Source of the DNA: Candidatus Tayloriibacteriota bacterium
GTDB lineage: Bacteria; Patescibacteriota; Minisyncoccia; Phycocordibacterales; HO2-43-120
Assembly (NCBI GenBank): GCA_039934295.1
Contig: JBDTMN010000004.1
Span: 4,840 to 68,839, forward strand
Direction of reading: 5' to 3'
Length of the DNA: 64,000 bases
Position 1 is the first letter of the stretch, and each line of letters begins with the position of its first letter. The notes beneath the pieces were generated by a model, which was not told the DNA's origin, did no database searches, and was given only the letters and a program-made list of their open reading frames with translations. Below are positions 8,520 through 18,145 of the stretch, piece by piece. The position numbers and the translations under genes are program-made.

Positions 8520-9081
8520 ATCATGATAAGAGTATACAGCATTTAGTATGAAGTTTACAGTATAAAAAAACGGAATATAGATTTTAGATTACAGATTCTG
8601 GAATAATTAAATAAGACTGATCTTTCTGATTCTATAATCATAATCTGTAATCTGTAGTCACTATTTCCCATTTTCTACACCCTGTGCCTTTGACGATGTG
8701 GCTTCTTGGGGACCTGCCCGAATGACTCGGTCGGGCGGGCAAAATCCTTATTCCTCACTTTACTACACCCTGTATCTTTGACGATGCGGCTTTTTAGGTA
8801 TATCGAACAGCGAAACAGTATGGTCCTCGGAATTGCTGAATCGATAGATATCCAAAAAGGGATGAACGCAAGGAAGAGATTTCTAATTTTTGACGATTGA
8901 GCGACAGTGGCATGCATAAAAGTATACCTAAGATTATATCACATAGGACTTACGCGTTTGGATGCAGTTCGAGGCGCGAGGGAGGCTTGCGACTGAGCTG
9001 TAGTTTGATGCTACTGCTCAGGAGCAAACGACCGAAGCAACGAGGAAATGCGCCAAACGCGTAAGTCCTATCACATTCGCT

Positions 9082-12000
9082 CTACCTCCACGCTTCACTC
9101 ACCGCCCCCAACAAATATTTGAAAGGCAGGGTGAGGAATTCAAAGAAACTTAGATTTGATTTTGGCGGAACAAAGGAGCTGTCTGTTGAGCCTTTAGTGG
9201 GATCAGGTGGGTCTACGACTGGAGGAACAGCGACGGTGACACTCTTTGCGCTCGTTCCTCCTGCTCCACTACACGAAAGAGTGAAAGTGGCTTGGCTTTG
9301 AATAGGGCCGGTGGAAAGCGTTCCTGATGTCGCTTGATTTCCTGCCCAACTGCCTGCTTCCGCTCCGCCAGAAACTGACCCTGTGCAGATGCTGGCATTT
9401 GTAGATGTCCAGCTAATATCTACCGATTCACCCGGAAGAATGGTAGGGCCTGTTGCAACACCTTCTGGCTCTGGCTTGGTAGATAGCGAGATGGTGGGAG
9501 GCGGAGTTGAACTACCTGAAGGGGAAGATGGGGTAGTCGGATTGTTCGGAGTTACTGAACTAGCTTTTGTCACTATAAGATTAGCGGACGCAGTTTTGCT
9601 CCCGCCCTCACCTTCACACGTTACAGTATAGGTGATGGTGGTCGGAACGGTAAAACGAACTGACTTAGTTCCGCTTGTTGCTCCATTAGCCCGCAATCCT
9701 GTAACAGCGCATGAAGTAGCCTTATTGGAAGTCCACGAAACAGTTGCCGCTTCTGTGGTTGTGATGGTGCTTGGGGAGATGGAGAGGGAGACGGAGAAAA
9801 TATTCTGGTCTGGTGGAGTGTCTTTGGTAAATGTCGCTATCACCGCTTTGCCTGCATCCATCTTGAGAAAGCAGGAGCCGATTCCCGAGCATGCACCTGT
9901 CCATCCCGAGAAGGTGGAGCCGGCAAAAGGAACCGCCGTGAGGGTGATAGGCGCATTTTGAGGGAACAAAACATCGCATACTTCTTTGTTACAGAGAACT
10001 TGACCTAAGCCGGTTCCTTGATTTGTGATGGTGAGAGAGAATACGCCTGGAGTTATGGTCAAATACAGACGGTTGCTCTTTCCCGTCGTAGGGTGAGTGA
10101 CTTGGATGGAATAATTGCCCACCGGGACGTTGGGAACAAATTGGATTGTTTTTCCTCCATCGGTGCTTGGAAGTGTTTGAACGACTGATACGCCGGACGA
10201 TTGGTTGGTAAGAGTAAGAATATTCCCAGCTGGCGCAAAGCGGACGCCCGCAATAGTGACGGTCGCGTTTGAGGGAGCAGATCTCTCCGGAGAGACTGAT
10301 GTGAGATAGGGTGAGACTTCGCCGACAATAATGAGAGCGTTTGTGGTGTTCGGAGGCAGAACCCCAATTACTCTGGAATTCTGGAAACCGCCCAAAGTAA
10401 CTTGGGTTAGAATTCCGCGATATGCTCCGGCAAACATTTTTTTCGGCTCGAACACGACTGTCACAGTAAATTCTGCAGTAGTGCCGGCAGGAATTAGATA
10501 GAAATCGCCTTGGTCCGTTGTTCCCACCGATGAATATGTCTCTACTCCGCCCATATAATTTTGTCCGTCAACTGATACCGCATAGGAAGAAAACGCATCC
10601 CGTTTTGATATGAGCTGGTCACGGCTTCCGGCCGATATCGAAACTTTAAATCGAGTGGTGAGTCCCGCTTCGCCTCCGTCTGAAGGGTCGTATAATAGTG
10701 AGATGGTTGAGGCACCTACAATCCCTGCGGACGGTAGGACGGTGTCAGGTGAATCCACCAAATTGAAATATCCTGTCTCGCCGGTAATGCCTGAATTCAC
10801 GTCCCGTATTGAAATCTTATATTGACCGGAATTCAGCATCGTAAATGTCCATCCACCAATAACCTGATTATATGAGTAGACTCTTCCTGCAGTCCACACG
10901 AATCGATTTCCAATATAAGTTTGGTCCCAGACTTCAGGATTTGATATTGGCCAATTTTGCCCGTCAGTGCCAGATATTGAGATACCTGTTGCTCTCCCCG
11001 GAGTGCCGGTCCAAGAAATAGTGGTTGTCGAGCCAGCAAGAACAGTGTCCCCCTTCTGCGGTAAAGTGACAACTATAGGATCGAGCACACCCATATGCAA
11101 AGAATTGGTTTTTGCGTCGTTGATTACAAACTGCTCTATATCGTTATTTGGTCGAAATGTAAGCAACTTGGCAAAATAAGTATCCCTGAGAAGATTTTCC
11201 TCATTGAAGGAGCCTGAAATAACAAAGCGAGCAGTCGTATTTGGAGGAATAATGTAATAGGGCCCGGCAAAATCTTCGACTCCATAAAGGGGCACGTATT
11301 GAATCCCCAAATCTTGATTATTATTTGTTCCCGACTGAACCAAGATAGTTCCTACCAAAGAGACTGCGAACGATGAGCTGTAGCGAGATTTGAAAAGCTC
11401 TAAAGCGGACTCGGTCGTCGTGACGTCAACCGTAAATGTAGCTTCTGTCGCGCTCAATGAAGAGCTCGCGACCGAAACGGTAACTCCGGTAAGCGGTATT
11501 GGAACGCGTCCGCAAGCGCCCTTAAAACTTGAAAGATGAGTGGCATATTCACTGTCTGAAGCGAAGGGTAATGTGATGTTCACGGGTACAAATGTCTGAC
11601 CCATTTTTTGAGCGAAGTCGCTCGAGTTTGCGTATTTGGCATATTGATAAAATTTGATTCGGAGATATTCGCGCAGTATTTCTTTATTCACGTTCAAATA
11701 AGGAAAGTCGTCTATCATCGCAAACATATCATTCAACGATGAAGGCTGTAGAAATATATTTCGGGCAATTTGATAATACGCTTGCCTATAAGAAGGTTGC
11801 GTACTTGCGGGCAAGTCGTCTAGTAGTCGCTCCGTTTCGCTTGATGAGGGATCCGAGTCCATCGAATAACAACCGAGAGACAAGTCAAATCCATGAGGAA
11901 TAACCTTCGTCTTGTCGGTTGTTTTATCCACTCCCCACTCCTCATTATGTAAAGCCCCCATATCATACACAGCCAGAAAATCCGTAAACAGCATGAATTT

Positions 12001-12807
12001 TAGAGTTGAATCCCTGTCAAAATAGACCGTTGTAGAAACTTGGGTCGTATTATTCGTGACGAGAGCGGATATCAAACGGTCAAACGAACTTGCGTACCAC
12101 CCGTTCGAGCCTTCCGATTCATACAGCATTGGGTTCATGTTGAACTCCGTGGTAAATGGTATCTGATCATCAAGCTCTGCCGGTCTCTGAATGATCATGT
12201 ATCGATATGTTCTTCCGTTATATCCGGAATCCGGCGTTATGAATGTCACATTCGCGAAGCCGATAATATCGGCAGTTGGAACTCCATATTTTCTGAAAAT
12301 TTTATGAATAATATATTCTCTCAAGTTGACATTAAGTTTCCCGCTGAAGCCGTAATCTCCTCCTCCGAGATAGTAGTCGTTTCCCGCGTCACATTCCGGA
12401 ATCATGCGGAATTTTTGATACTGCAATTGTGCGGACCCCGGATAGGTGCTCACACCCGTAAAAAGTTCCTTTGGAACCCCCTGGCTGTTGAATTTATCAA
12501 AACTCAAATTAAGCATGGGCGGGTCGCATACTCCTCTCATGTGACCTTTCTTCTCATATTTTATTTTCCAATCTTTGATTTTTATTCCAAGACTGGTGTA
12601 CTCAACTAATTTTCCATCACGATTCGGAGCGAATTCATCAAGTGACAATGTCTTTCCTTGGGTATCTAGTGTGAGATTTCGAATCGGATAGAGAGGTGTC
12701 TGCGCATAAGAGAAAGAGGGTGCAACAAAACCCGTGGCCACAAGTAATGCGACCGATGAGAAAACAATGTATCGTTTTTTCATTACGTTTATCTTAGAGT
12801 TAATCAA
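9082..12807 (-). CDS. Large secreted CotH-kinase-family protein with Ig-like repeats and an InlB-B-repeat-like domain
   Basis: Signal peptide. CotH-like core: YIIHKIFRKYGVPTADIIGF...YRYMIIQRP; LFTDFLAVYDMGALHNEEWGVD...IPHGFDLSLG. Cys-containing repeat VLCNKEVCDV...ITLTAVPFAGSTFSGWTGACSGIGSCFLKMDAGKAVIATFT. Several T/S-rich Ig-like repeats at the C-terminus. Confidence 0.6.
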   Translation of the reverse strand: MINSKINVMKKRYIVFSSVALLVATGFVAPSFSYAQTPLYPIRNLTLDTQGKTLSLDEFAPNRDGKLVEYTSLGIKIKDWKIKYEKKGHMRGVCDPPMLNLSFDKFNSQGVPKELFTGVSTYPGSAQLQYQKFRMIPECDAGNDYYLGGGDYGFSGKLNVNLREYIIHKIFRKYGVPTADIIGFANVTFITPDSGYNGRTYRYMIIQRPAELDDQIPFTTEFNMNPMLYESEGSNGWYASSFDRLISALVTNNTTQVSTTVYFDRDSTLKFMLFTDFLAVYDMGALHNEEWGVDKTTDKTKVIPHGFDLSLGCYSMDSDPSSSETERLLDDLPASTQPSYRQAYYQIARNIFLQPSSLNDMFAMIDDFPYLNVNKEILREYLRIKFYQYAKYANSSDFAQKMGQTFVPVNITLPFASDSEYATHLSSFKGACGRVPIPLTGVTVSVASSSLSATEATFTVDVTTTESALELFKSRYSSSFAVSLVGTILVQSGTNNNQDLGIQYVPLYGVEDFAGPYYIIPPNTTARFVISGSFNEENLLRDTYFAKLLTFRPNNDIEQFVINDAKTNSLHMGVLDPIVVTLPQKGDTVLAGSTTTISWTGTPGRATGISISGTDGQNWPISNPEVWDQTYIGNRFVWTAGRVYSYNQVIGGWTFTMLNSGQYKISIRDVNSGITGETGYFNLVDSPDTVLPSAGIVGASTISLLYDPSDGGEAGLTTRFKVSISAGSRDQLISKRDAFSSYAVSVDGQNYMGGVETYSSVGTTDQGDFYLIPAGTTAEFTVTVVFEPKKMFAGAYRGILTQVTLGGFQNSRVIGVLPPNTTNALIIVGEVSPYLTSVSPERSAPSNATVTIAGVRFAPAGNILTLTNQSSGVSVVQTLPSTDGGKTIQFVPNVPVGNYSIQVTHPTTGKSNRLYLTITPGVFSLTITNQGTGLGQVLCNKEVCDVLFPQNAPITLTAVPFAGSTFSGWTGACSGIGSCFLKMDAGKAVIATFTKDTPPDQNIFSVSLSISPSTITTTEAATVSWTSNKATSCAVTGLRANGATSGTKSVRFTVPTTITYTVTCEGEGGSKTASANLIVTKASSVTPNNPTTPSSPSGSSTPPPTISLSTKPEPEGVATGPTILPGESVDISWTSTNASICTGSVSGGAEAGSWAGNQATSGTLSTGPIQSQATFTLSCSGAGGTSAKSVTVAVPPVVDPPDPTKGSTDSSFVPPKSNLSFFEFLTLPFKYLLGAVSEAWR

Positions 12808-12923
12808 TACAATTATTACACTTTTTTAAAATCATTGAAAGAGGAGTTTATCCCCAGCGCATAGAAGAATATGGATCATAGGTTATAGATTTCCGCTTCT
12901 CGTTTCATGATAGAATCCTAAAT

Positions 12924-13718
12924 GTGATGAAAAAATTGTTTTTTGGACTGATGTGTATCTTTGCTTTCATCGGACTTGTCATGGTCGTTGGATTTGTTGC
13001 AATTCAGCTCCGATGGACCAAGACAGAGGGAGTGGTTGACGCACAACACGACTACTTCAAGGAAAAAATCGCGAAGAATCTCGAGTGGGAAAAAAGCGAA
13101 GAGTGGAAAGCTCTCAAGGTGGCAATTTTGAAGGATAAGGAGGATATTTTGAAAGCATCGGAGTCGAGCGGAGTCGGAACAAGGCTCATTATCGCGCCCC
13201 TCGTCGTCGAGCAACTTCGACTCTACGAAAGCAATCGAGAGTTATTTAAAGAATTTTTTTCGCCCTTGAAAATGCTGGGGAGCCAAAATCAGTTCTCGTG
13301 GGGAGTAATGGGGATTAAAGAGGAGAGCGCAAGGCAGATTGAGCAAAATTTGAAAAACGCGAATTCACCTTTCTACTTGGGACCCGCGTACGAGCACATT
13401 CTCGATTTTACATCAGACAGTCCCGATTCGGAGCGCTTTCAGAGACTCACAGATGATGCGAGCCGTTACTATTCCTATCTCTATGCGGGACTCTACGAAA
13501 AGCAACTGATTGCGCAATGGGACAAAGCCGGAATCCCCATTCATGACAGGCCGGAAATTGTTTTCACACTTTTCAACATTGGATTTTCCAATTCTCGCCC
13601 GCATCCAAACCCCTCGGTTGGCGGAGCGGAAATTAGGTTTGCCGGAAAAGAGTACAGCTTCGGCGGACTTGCTTTTGAATTTTACTATTCGGACGAATTG
13701 CCAGAGTTTGAGAAGTAG
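12924..13718 (+). CDS. Hypothetical membrane-anchored protein
   Basis: 264-aa ORF with N-terminal TM helix. No recognisable family. Divergent from the CotH gene. Confidence 0.45.
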   Translation: MMKKLFFGLMCIFAFIGLVMVVGFVAIQLRWTKTEGVVDAQHDYFKEKIAKNLEWEKSEEWKALKVAILKDKEDILKASESSGVGTRLIIAPLVVEQLRLYESNRELFKEFFSPLKMLGSQNQFSWGVMGIKEESARQIEQNLKNANSPFYLGPAYEHILDFTSDSPDSERFQRLTDDASRYYSYLYAGLYEKQLIAQWDKAGIPIHDRPEIVFTLFNIGFSNSRPHPNPSVGGAEIRFAGKEYSFGGLAFEFYYSDELPEFEK

Positions 13719-13735
13719 TTGCTTCAATTTCAAAT

Positions 13736-16375
13736 TCAATCTCGCTTATCCAGAATATTCTTTTGCCTCTTTAGTCGAAATATCCATTTCCCAAATTCAA
13801 CCGCGACAATATTTAAAGTCGCAATGAGCGCAACCCCGAGCACCCAATACAATGGCAAGGAAACTGTGCCGAGGAGAGTCTGCAAGAATGGAACGTAAAT
13901 TGCGGCGGCCATCAAGGCAACGCCGATGCCTACCCCCGCGCACAAGTAACGATTGGAAAATATCGGATATTCAAAGATGCTTTTCTCCAGACTTCTTAGA
14001 GAAAACGTCAAAAACAAAGTGTAGCTTCCAAATGCCGCAAAAATAAAAGTTCTTACTTCATCTTCAGGAAAACCTGCCCGCAAAAGATACCAATACAGCG
14101 TGAACAGAATCAAACTTGTTAAAAATCCGGTGAATAAGATCAAAAACTTCATCAAGGGGTCGAAAAGACCACTCTTAACTCCTCGTGGACGAGCTTGCAA
14201 TCCGTCAATATCTTTCTCAAATGCGAATGCAATAGCCGGAAAACTATCTGAAAAAAAATTGACATAAAGAATTTGAAGCGCATTTAAAGGCAATGCCAAT
14301 CCGGCAATAAGTGCCCCGCCAATCAAAAGAAGTTCGTCGGCAACGGAAGAAAGCAGATACACGAGCACCTTCCGAATGTTGTTCATAATCTGGCGACCTT
14401 CTTCTATGGCGGCAACAATGGTCTCGAAATTATCGTCCAGGAGTACAAGATCCGCTACGTCGCGAGCCACTTCAGTGCCTGTTCCCATAGCGATGCCGAT
14501 ATCCGCCTGCTTGATGCTTGGCGCGTCATTTACCCCGTCGCCGGTCATAGCGACCACTTCTCCCATCTCTTGAAAAGCCTTGACCACTCTCATTTTATCA
14601 AGCGGAGACACTCGAGAGATAACGCGCACATGTGGCAGACGCTCCTTCAAGCCCTCGTCATTGAGTTCCCGAAGTTCTGTGGCATCAAGGACGCTTCCCT
14701 TTTCAATTCGCATTCCCACTTCTTTGGCAATCGCCTCCGCTGTGCCTCGATGATCTCCGGACATAACTATTGTTTTTATTCCCGCCTCCTCAACACGACG
14801 CATAGCGTCTTTGACGCCCGGCCTGACCGGATCATGAAGCGTTATTACCCCATTAAATACAAGACTATCGAGTTCTGACTCCAAGTCTCTTTGAAATGTG
14901 AAATCTTCCTTCGGCTCTATGTTCTTGCTTGCAACCCCGAGGACGAGCTCTCCCGATCCTGCTAATGAATCAATTTTCTCCAGCACACCCTTTCGTTCCT
15001 CCAATCGAAGTGTCGAGTGGCGTATTAAAATATCAGGTGCCCCAAAAAAAACGAGCGAATGTTTTTCGCGGTCTCGCACGAGCGAAACGGAAAATTTGTT
15101 GACCGCGTTGAAAGGCAGAGAATTTACAATTTCAGTTTTATTTTTCACCTCTTGAACCGCTATGCCCCGAAGCCCAGCAGACCGCACTAGTGCCACTTCA
15201 ATCACTCTTCCGTTCATTCGCCAATCCAATACCGGATCTTTTCGATTTTCAATGAGAACATTCGTATTCAGAAGCGCCAGTTCAAGCAGTTTGTTCTCGA
15301 GAATGCCTTCAGTTGGCAATACCTTGCTCAATTCCATCTTTGCCATTGTCAAAGTCCCCGTCTTGTCGGTCAAAATTATGGTGGTGCTTCCCAACGCTTC
15401 TGCGGCAACCAATTTTCTAATGACACCCTTGCGTCGAGACATGCGTTGCACTCCTATTGCCAAAATTACCGTCATCGCCACAGGCAGACCTTCCGGCACC
15501 GCGGAAACTGCAATCGCGATAGATATCAAAAACATTTCAACACGTGAATGCCCTAAAGCAATACCGGTCACAAAAACAATCAACGTAAGGATTCCTAAAA
15601 AAATGCCCGCTTGCATGCTGAAGCGCCTGATTGCGTACTGCAGTGGCGTCTCCTCTCTTTTCGACTCGGCAACAAGAGCCGCAATTTTACCCAACTCGGT
15701 GGCAAAATCGGTGCGGCAAACCACCGCGGTCGCGACTCCTTGAGTAACAAGAGTTCCGGCAAAAACCATTGAGTGCTGGTCTCCAAGAACCGCATTTACG
15801 CTCACCGGTTCAGTTGATTTCGATGCGGGCAAAGATTCTCCGGTGAGAATCGCTTCGTCAATCTGGAAATCATTCACAAAAATGACGCGCCCGTCTGCGG
15901 GAACACGGTCTCCCTGCGCCAGTCGAATAATATCTCCCGGCACTAAATTGGCAGCATCAATTTCGTACTCCTCGCCACCGCGAATAACTCGCGACCGTTG
16001 TTTCAAATATGATTTGAGCTCCGATAATGCTTTCTCCGCTTTGTATTCTTGATAAAATCCCAAAACGACATTGACTACCACTGCCGCAAGTATAAAAAGC
16101 GCGTCCCGATAATGAGCTATGAAAAACGTGATGATGCTCGCAAAAAGCAAAATCAAGATGAGCGGACTTTTAAATTGACTCAAAAAGATAATAAAACCGC
16201 TGGCGCTCCCCGATTTTTCGATAATATTTAAGCCAAAGATTTCCAGTCGCTTAAGCGCGTCATCTTCACTAACCCCATTCTGGGTATCCGTTTGAAGCAT
16301 TTCGCGAGCATCTTTAATAGATAAAAACCAAAAAGGGCTTTTCTGAATTTCGGGTGTAAGTTCTTTTTGTATCAT
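13736..16375 (-). CDS. Cation-transporting P-type ATPase (type II, Ca2+/Mg2+-ATPase-like)
   Basis: DKTGTLT phosphorylation motif, MTGDHRGTA, TGDGVNDAPSIKQADIGIAMG hinge, N-terminal cation-ATPase domain, about 10 TM segments. Confidence 0.9.
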   Translation of the reverse strand: MIQKELTPEIQKSPFWFLSIKDAREMLQTDTQNGVSEDDALKRLEIFGLNIIEKSGSASGFIIFLSQFKSPLILILLFASIITFFIAHYRDALFILAAVVVNVVLGFYQEYKAEKALSELKSYLKQRSRVIRGGEEYEIDAANLVPGDIIRLAQGDRVPADGRVIFVNDFQIDEAILTGESLPASKSTEPVSVNAVLGDQHSMVFAGTLVTQGVATAVVCRTDFATELGKIAALVAESKREETPLQYAIRRFSMQAGIFLGILTLIVFVTGIALGHSRVEMFLISIAIAVSAVPEGLPVAMTVILAIGVQRMSRRKGVIRKLVAAEALGSTTIILTDKTGTLTMAKMELSKVLPTEGILENKLLELALLNTNVLIENRKDPVLDWRMNGRVIEVALVRSAGLRGIAVQEVKNKTEIVNSLPFNAVNKFSVSLVRDREKHSLVFFGAPDILIRHSTLRLEERKGVLEKIDSLAGSGELVLGVASKNIEPKEDFTFQRDLESELDSLVFNGVITLHDPVRPGVKDAMRRVEEAGIKTIVMSGDHRGTAEAIAKEVGMRIEKGSVLDATELRELNDEGLKERLPHVRVISRVSPLDKMRVVKAFQEMGEVVAMTGDGVNDAPSIKQADIGIAMGTGTEVARDVADLVLLDDNFETIVAAIEEGRQIMNNIRKVLVYLLSSVADELLLIGGALIAGLALPLNALQILYVNFFSDSFPAIAFAFEKDIDGLQARPRGVKSGLFDPLMKFLILFTGFLTSLILFTLYWYLLRAGFPEDEVRTFIFAAFGSYTLFLTFSLRSLEKSIFEYPIFSNRYLCAGVGIGVALMAAAIYVPFLQTLLGTVSLPLYWVLGVALIATLNIVAVEFGKWIFRLKRQKNILDKRD

Positions 16376-16935
16376 AGTGCTCTTGCGACTAGACCGATAA
16401 ACACGATGCCAATAAAGTTGAATACAAAGGAAAGAGGAATAAACCAGGACATTTTCATTTTTGAGAAGCCTAGTAGGCTTATTCCAAGCTCGTCAGGTAA
16501 AGGCGAAGCAATAATCAGTCCTCCGATAAAAAAGCTTACCCACCTGAATAATTTAAGCTTGAGAATTGCCCCTATTCTCCTCCCTCCTCTTCGATGCCTC
16601 AAAAGCTCCACCAAATGCGATGAAAATTTGTCCCGAATGAAATAGAAGATAATTAAGTCTCCCAACACCGCTCCCGTGGCGCCCAAAAGCGCCGTCGTAA
16701 GCAGAGAGTTTCCCTTCGCGATTTCTCCCAAGGTGGCTATGGCAGGCGCTGTCGTAAAAACCGAAGTGAAAAAGAATCCCGCGACAAATGTACCGAACAA
16801 TTTCAATTCCTGCGTAGAGGAGAGAAAATTTATTATAACATTATTTTGCACCAGCAATATCGCAATAAAAATACTCAAAACAATTATCGCGATATCGTGG
16901 AGAAAAAATGAATTTTTTTCGTTACGTGCGAACAT
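16372..16935 (-). CDS. Small polytopic membrane protein (possibly DedA/VTT-like)
   Basis: 187 aa with 4-5 TM segments and a G-rich loop GGLIIASPLPDELGISLLG. Family assignment is weak. Confidence 0.4.
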   Translation of the reverse strand: MFARNEKNSFFLHDIAIIVLSIFIAILLVQNNVIINFLSSTQELKLFGTFVAGFFFTSVFTTAPAIATLGEIAKGNSLLTTALLGATGAVLGDLIIFYFIRDKFSSHLVELLRHRRGGRRIGAILKLKLFRWVSFFIGGLIIASPLPDELGISLLGFSKMKMSWFIPLSFVFNFIGIVFIGLVARAL

Positions 16936-16940
16936 TTTTG

Positions 16941-17012
16941 TGCCCCCGGCCAGAATTGAACTGACATCTACCCCTTAGGACGGGGCTGTTCTATCCGTTG
17001 AACTACGGGAGC
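16941..17012 (-). tRNA. tRNA-Arg (anticodon CCT)
   Basis: Minus strand reads GCTCCCG-TA-GTTC-AACGGATA-GAAC-A-GCCCC-GTCCTAA-GGGGT-AGAT-GTCAG-TTCAATT-CTGGC-CGGGGGC-A. All four stems pair, with G-U wobbles. U33 and A37 present; anticodon CCT. Confidence 0.75.
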
Positions 17013-17078
17013 GGTTAAAAAAGACTATAGCATATTTCCGCGCTCCAAAACAAAAACCCCTTGTGGGGGGGTTGTTTT

Positions 17079-17315
17079 TTACTTTATTTCCAAAAGTTCT
17101 CTAATCCTGTCCTCATCAAATCCGACGATAATTTCATCGTCTATAGTGATAACAGGCACGCCGAGCTGGCCCGACTTATCTACCATTTCTTTTCTTTTCG
17201 CGAGGTCAGTGGCAACATTGTGCTCCTCGTAAGCTACAGCATATTCTTTGAAAAATGCTTTAGCCATTGCGCAATAGTGGCAGGTCGGGGTTGAGTAAAT
17301 TGTTACTTTTTTCAT
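17079..17315 (-). CDS. Glutaredoxin-family protein
   Basis: 78 aa: KVTIYSTPTCHYCAMAKAFF...GQLGVPVITIDDEIIVGFDEDR. Thioredoxin fold with a CxxC active site and a glutaredoxin-type GVP...I motif. Confidence 0.75.
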   Translation of the reverse strand: MKKVTIYSTPTCHYCAMAKAFFKEYAVAYEEHNVATDLAKRKEMVDKSGQLGVPVITIDDEIIVGFDEDRIRELLEIK

Positions 17316-17333
17316 AAAATTAACAGAGTCTTT

Positions 17334-17413
17334 CTCTGTTATCCTCGCAAGCGAGGATCCAGATTAAATTATAATGCAATATCCTAGATTCCCGCTTCCG
17401 CGGGAATTACAGG
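17334..17413. repeat. Two tandem palindromic hairpins (CCTCGCAAGCGAGG and CCCGCTTCCGCGGG), GGATCC-flanked family
   Basis: Same architecture as the GTCATCCCCGCGAATGCGGGGATCC elements. Confidence 0.5.
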
Positions 17414-17450
17414 TCATTGGCATTTCGTAGTATAGCAAAAATTTAAAATA

Positions 17451-17837
17451 TTATCTACCAATCAAAGGCGTTTTTATTGTTTTAATATCCTCCAGTCCTA
17501 AATCTTTAGCAAAGAAGGTAATGATTCCCCACACCGAAGACATGACGAAAAGCGCGATGACACCACCAACCATTACTCTTCTCCCTTGCGCCTTTGCCTC
17601 TTCGCTCCCCGCACTCCACATGTACTTTGCCAAACCCCAAAAGAATACCGCGAGCGCCGCCGTAAAAGTGATTACCGTAATAGTCCCCAGTAACTTGTTA
17701 AAAGCCTCGAGAGTCGTGCCTACACTCCCAATATCTACTGCTCGAGCGAGAGTAGGCAACATGAAAGCTCCAAGTGTAAGCAGTAAAATTCTTATCATAA
17801 ATATGTTGCCAATAAGGAAATGACTGAAAAACTCCAA
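17451..17837 (-). CDS. Pilin-like small membrane protein, VirB2/TrbC-like topology (paralog 1 of 3)
   Basis: Signal peptide followed by two hydrophobic helices separated by a charged loop. Motif VFFWGLAKYMWSAGSEEAKAQGRRVMVGGVIALFVMSSVWGII is shared with the two ORFs immediately downstream. Confidence 0.4.
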   Translation of the reverse strand: MEFFSHFLIGNIFMIRILLLTLGAFMLPTLARAVDIGSVGTTLEAFNKLLGTITVITFTAALAVFFWGLAKYMWSAGSEEAKAQGRRVMVGGVIALFVMSSVWGIITFFAKDLGLEDIKTIKTPLIGR

Positions 17838-17851
17838 AATCCTTAATCTCC

Positions 17852-18118
17852 CTAAAGTCCAAGATACCCGGGTCCCTTAATTCCAAAAGTAGTAAGCAAT
17901 ATCCTTAAAATTCCATATACAGCCATCATGATAAACAGCCCTCTCACTCCCCAGAGCATTGAGGTTTTGCCTTTGCTTCTTGCTTCTTCATTTGCCGCAC
18001 CCGCAATGAACTGGAAAATTCCCCAAAAGAAAACAAGGAGCGCCACGCCGAACATGAGTATAATGAGAGGGTTCAATATGAATTCATTGACCCTGTCTAA
18101 GAGAATTTTGATCGACAT
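17852..18118 (-). CDS. Pilin-like small membrane protein (paralog 2 of 3)
   Basis: LLVFFWGIFQFIAGAANEEARSKGKTSMLWGVRGLFIMMAVYGI matches the shared motif. Confidence 0.4.
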   Translation of the reverse strand: MSIKILLDRVNEFILNPLIILMFGVALLVFFWGIFQFIAGAANEEARSKGKTSMLWGVRGLFIMMAVYGILRILLTTFGIKGPGYLGL

Positions 18119-18145
18119 TTAAATCCAAATATGCAGAAAGATCCC

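Noticed and set aside
8690-8800. Possible mini-CRISPR: two 35-bp direct repeats separated by about 50 bp
   Set aside because: Only two imperfect repeats, no further units and no cas genes. More likely a direct-repeat regulatory site or ncRNA feature.
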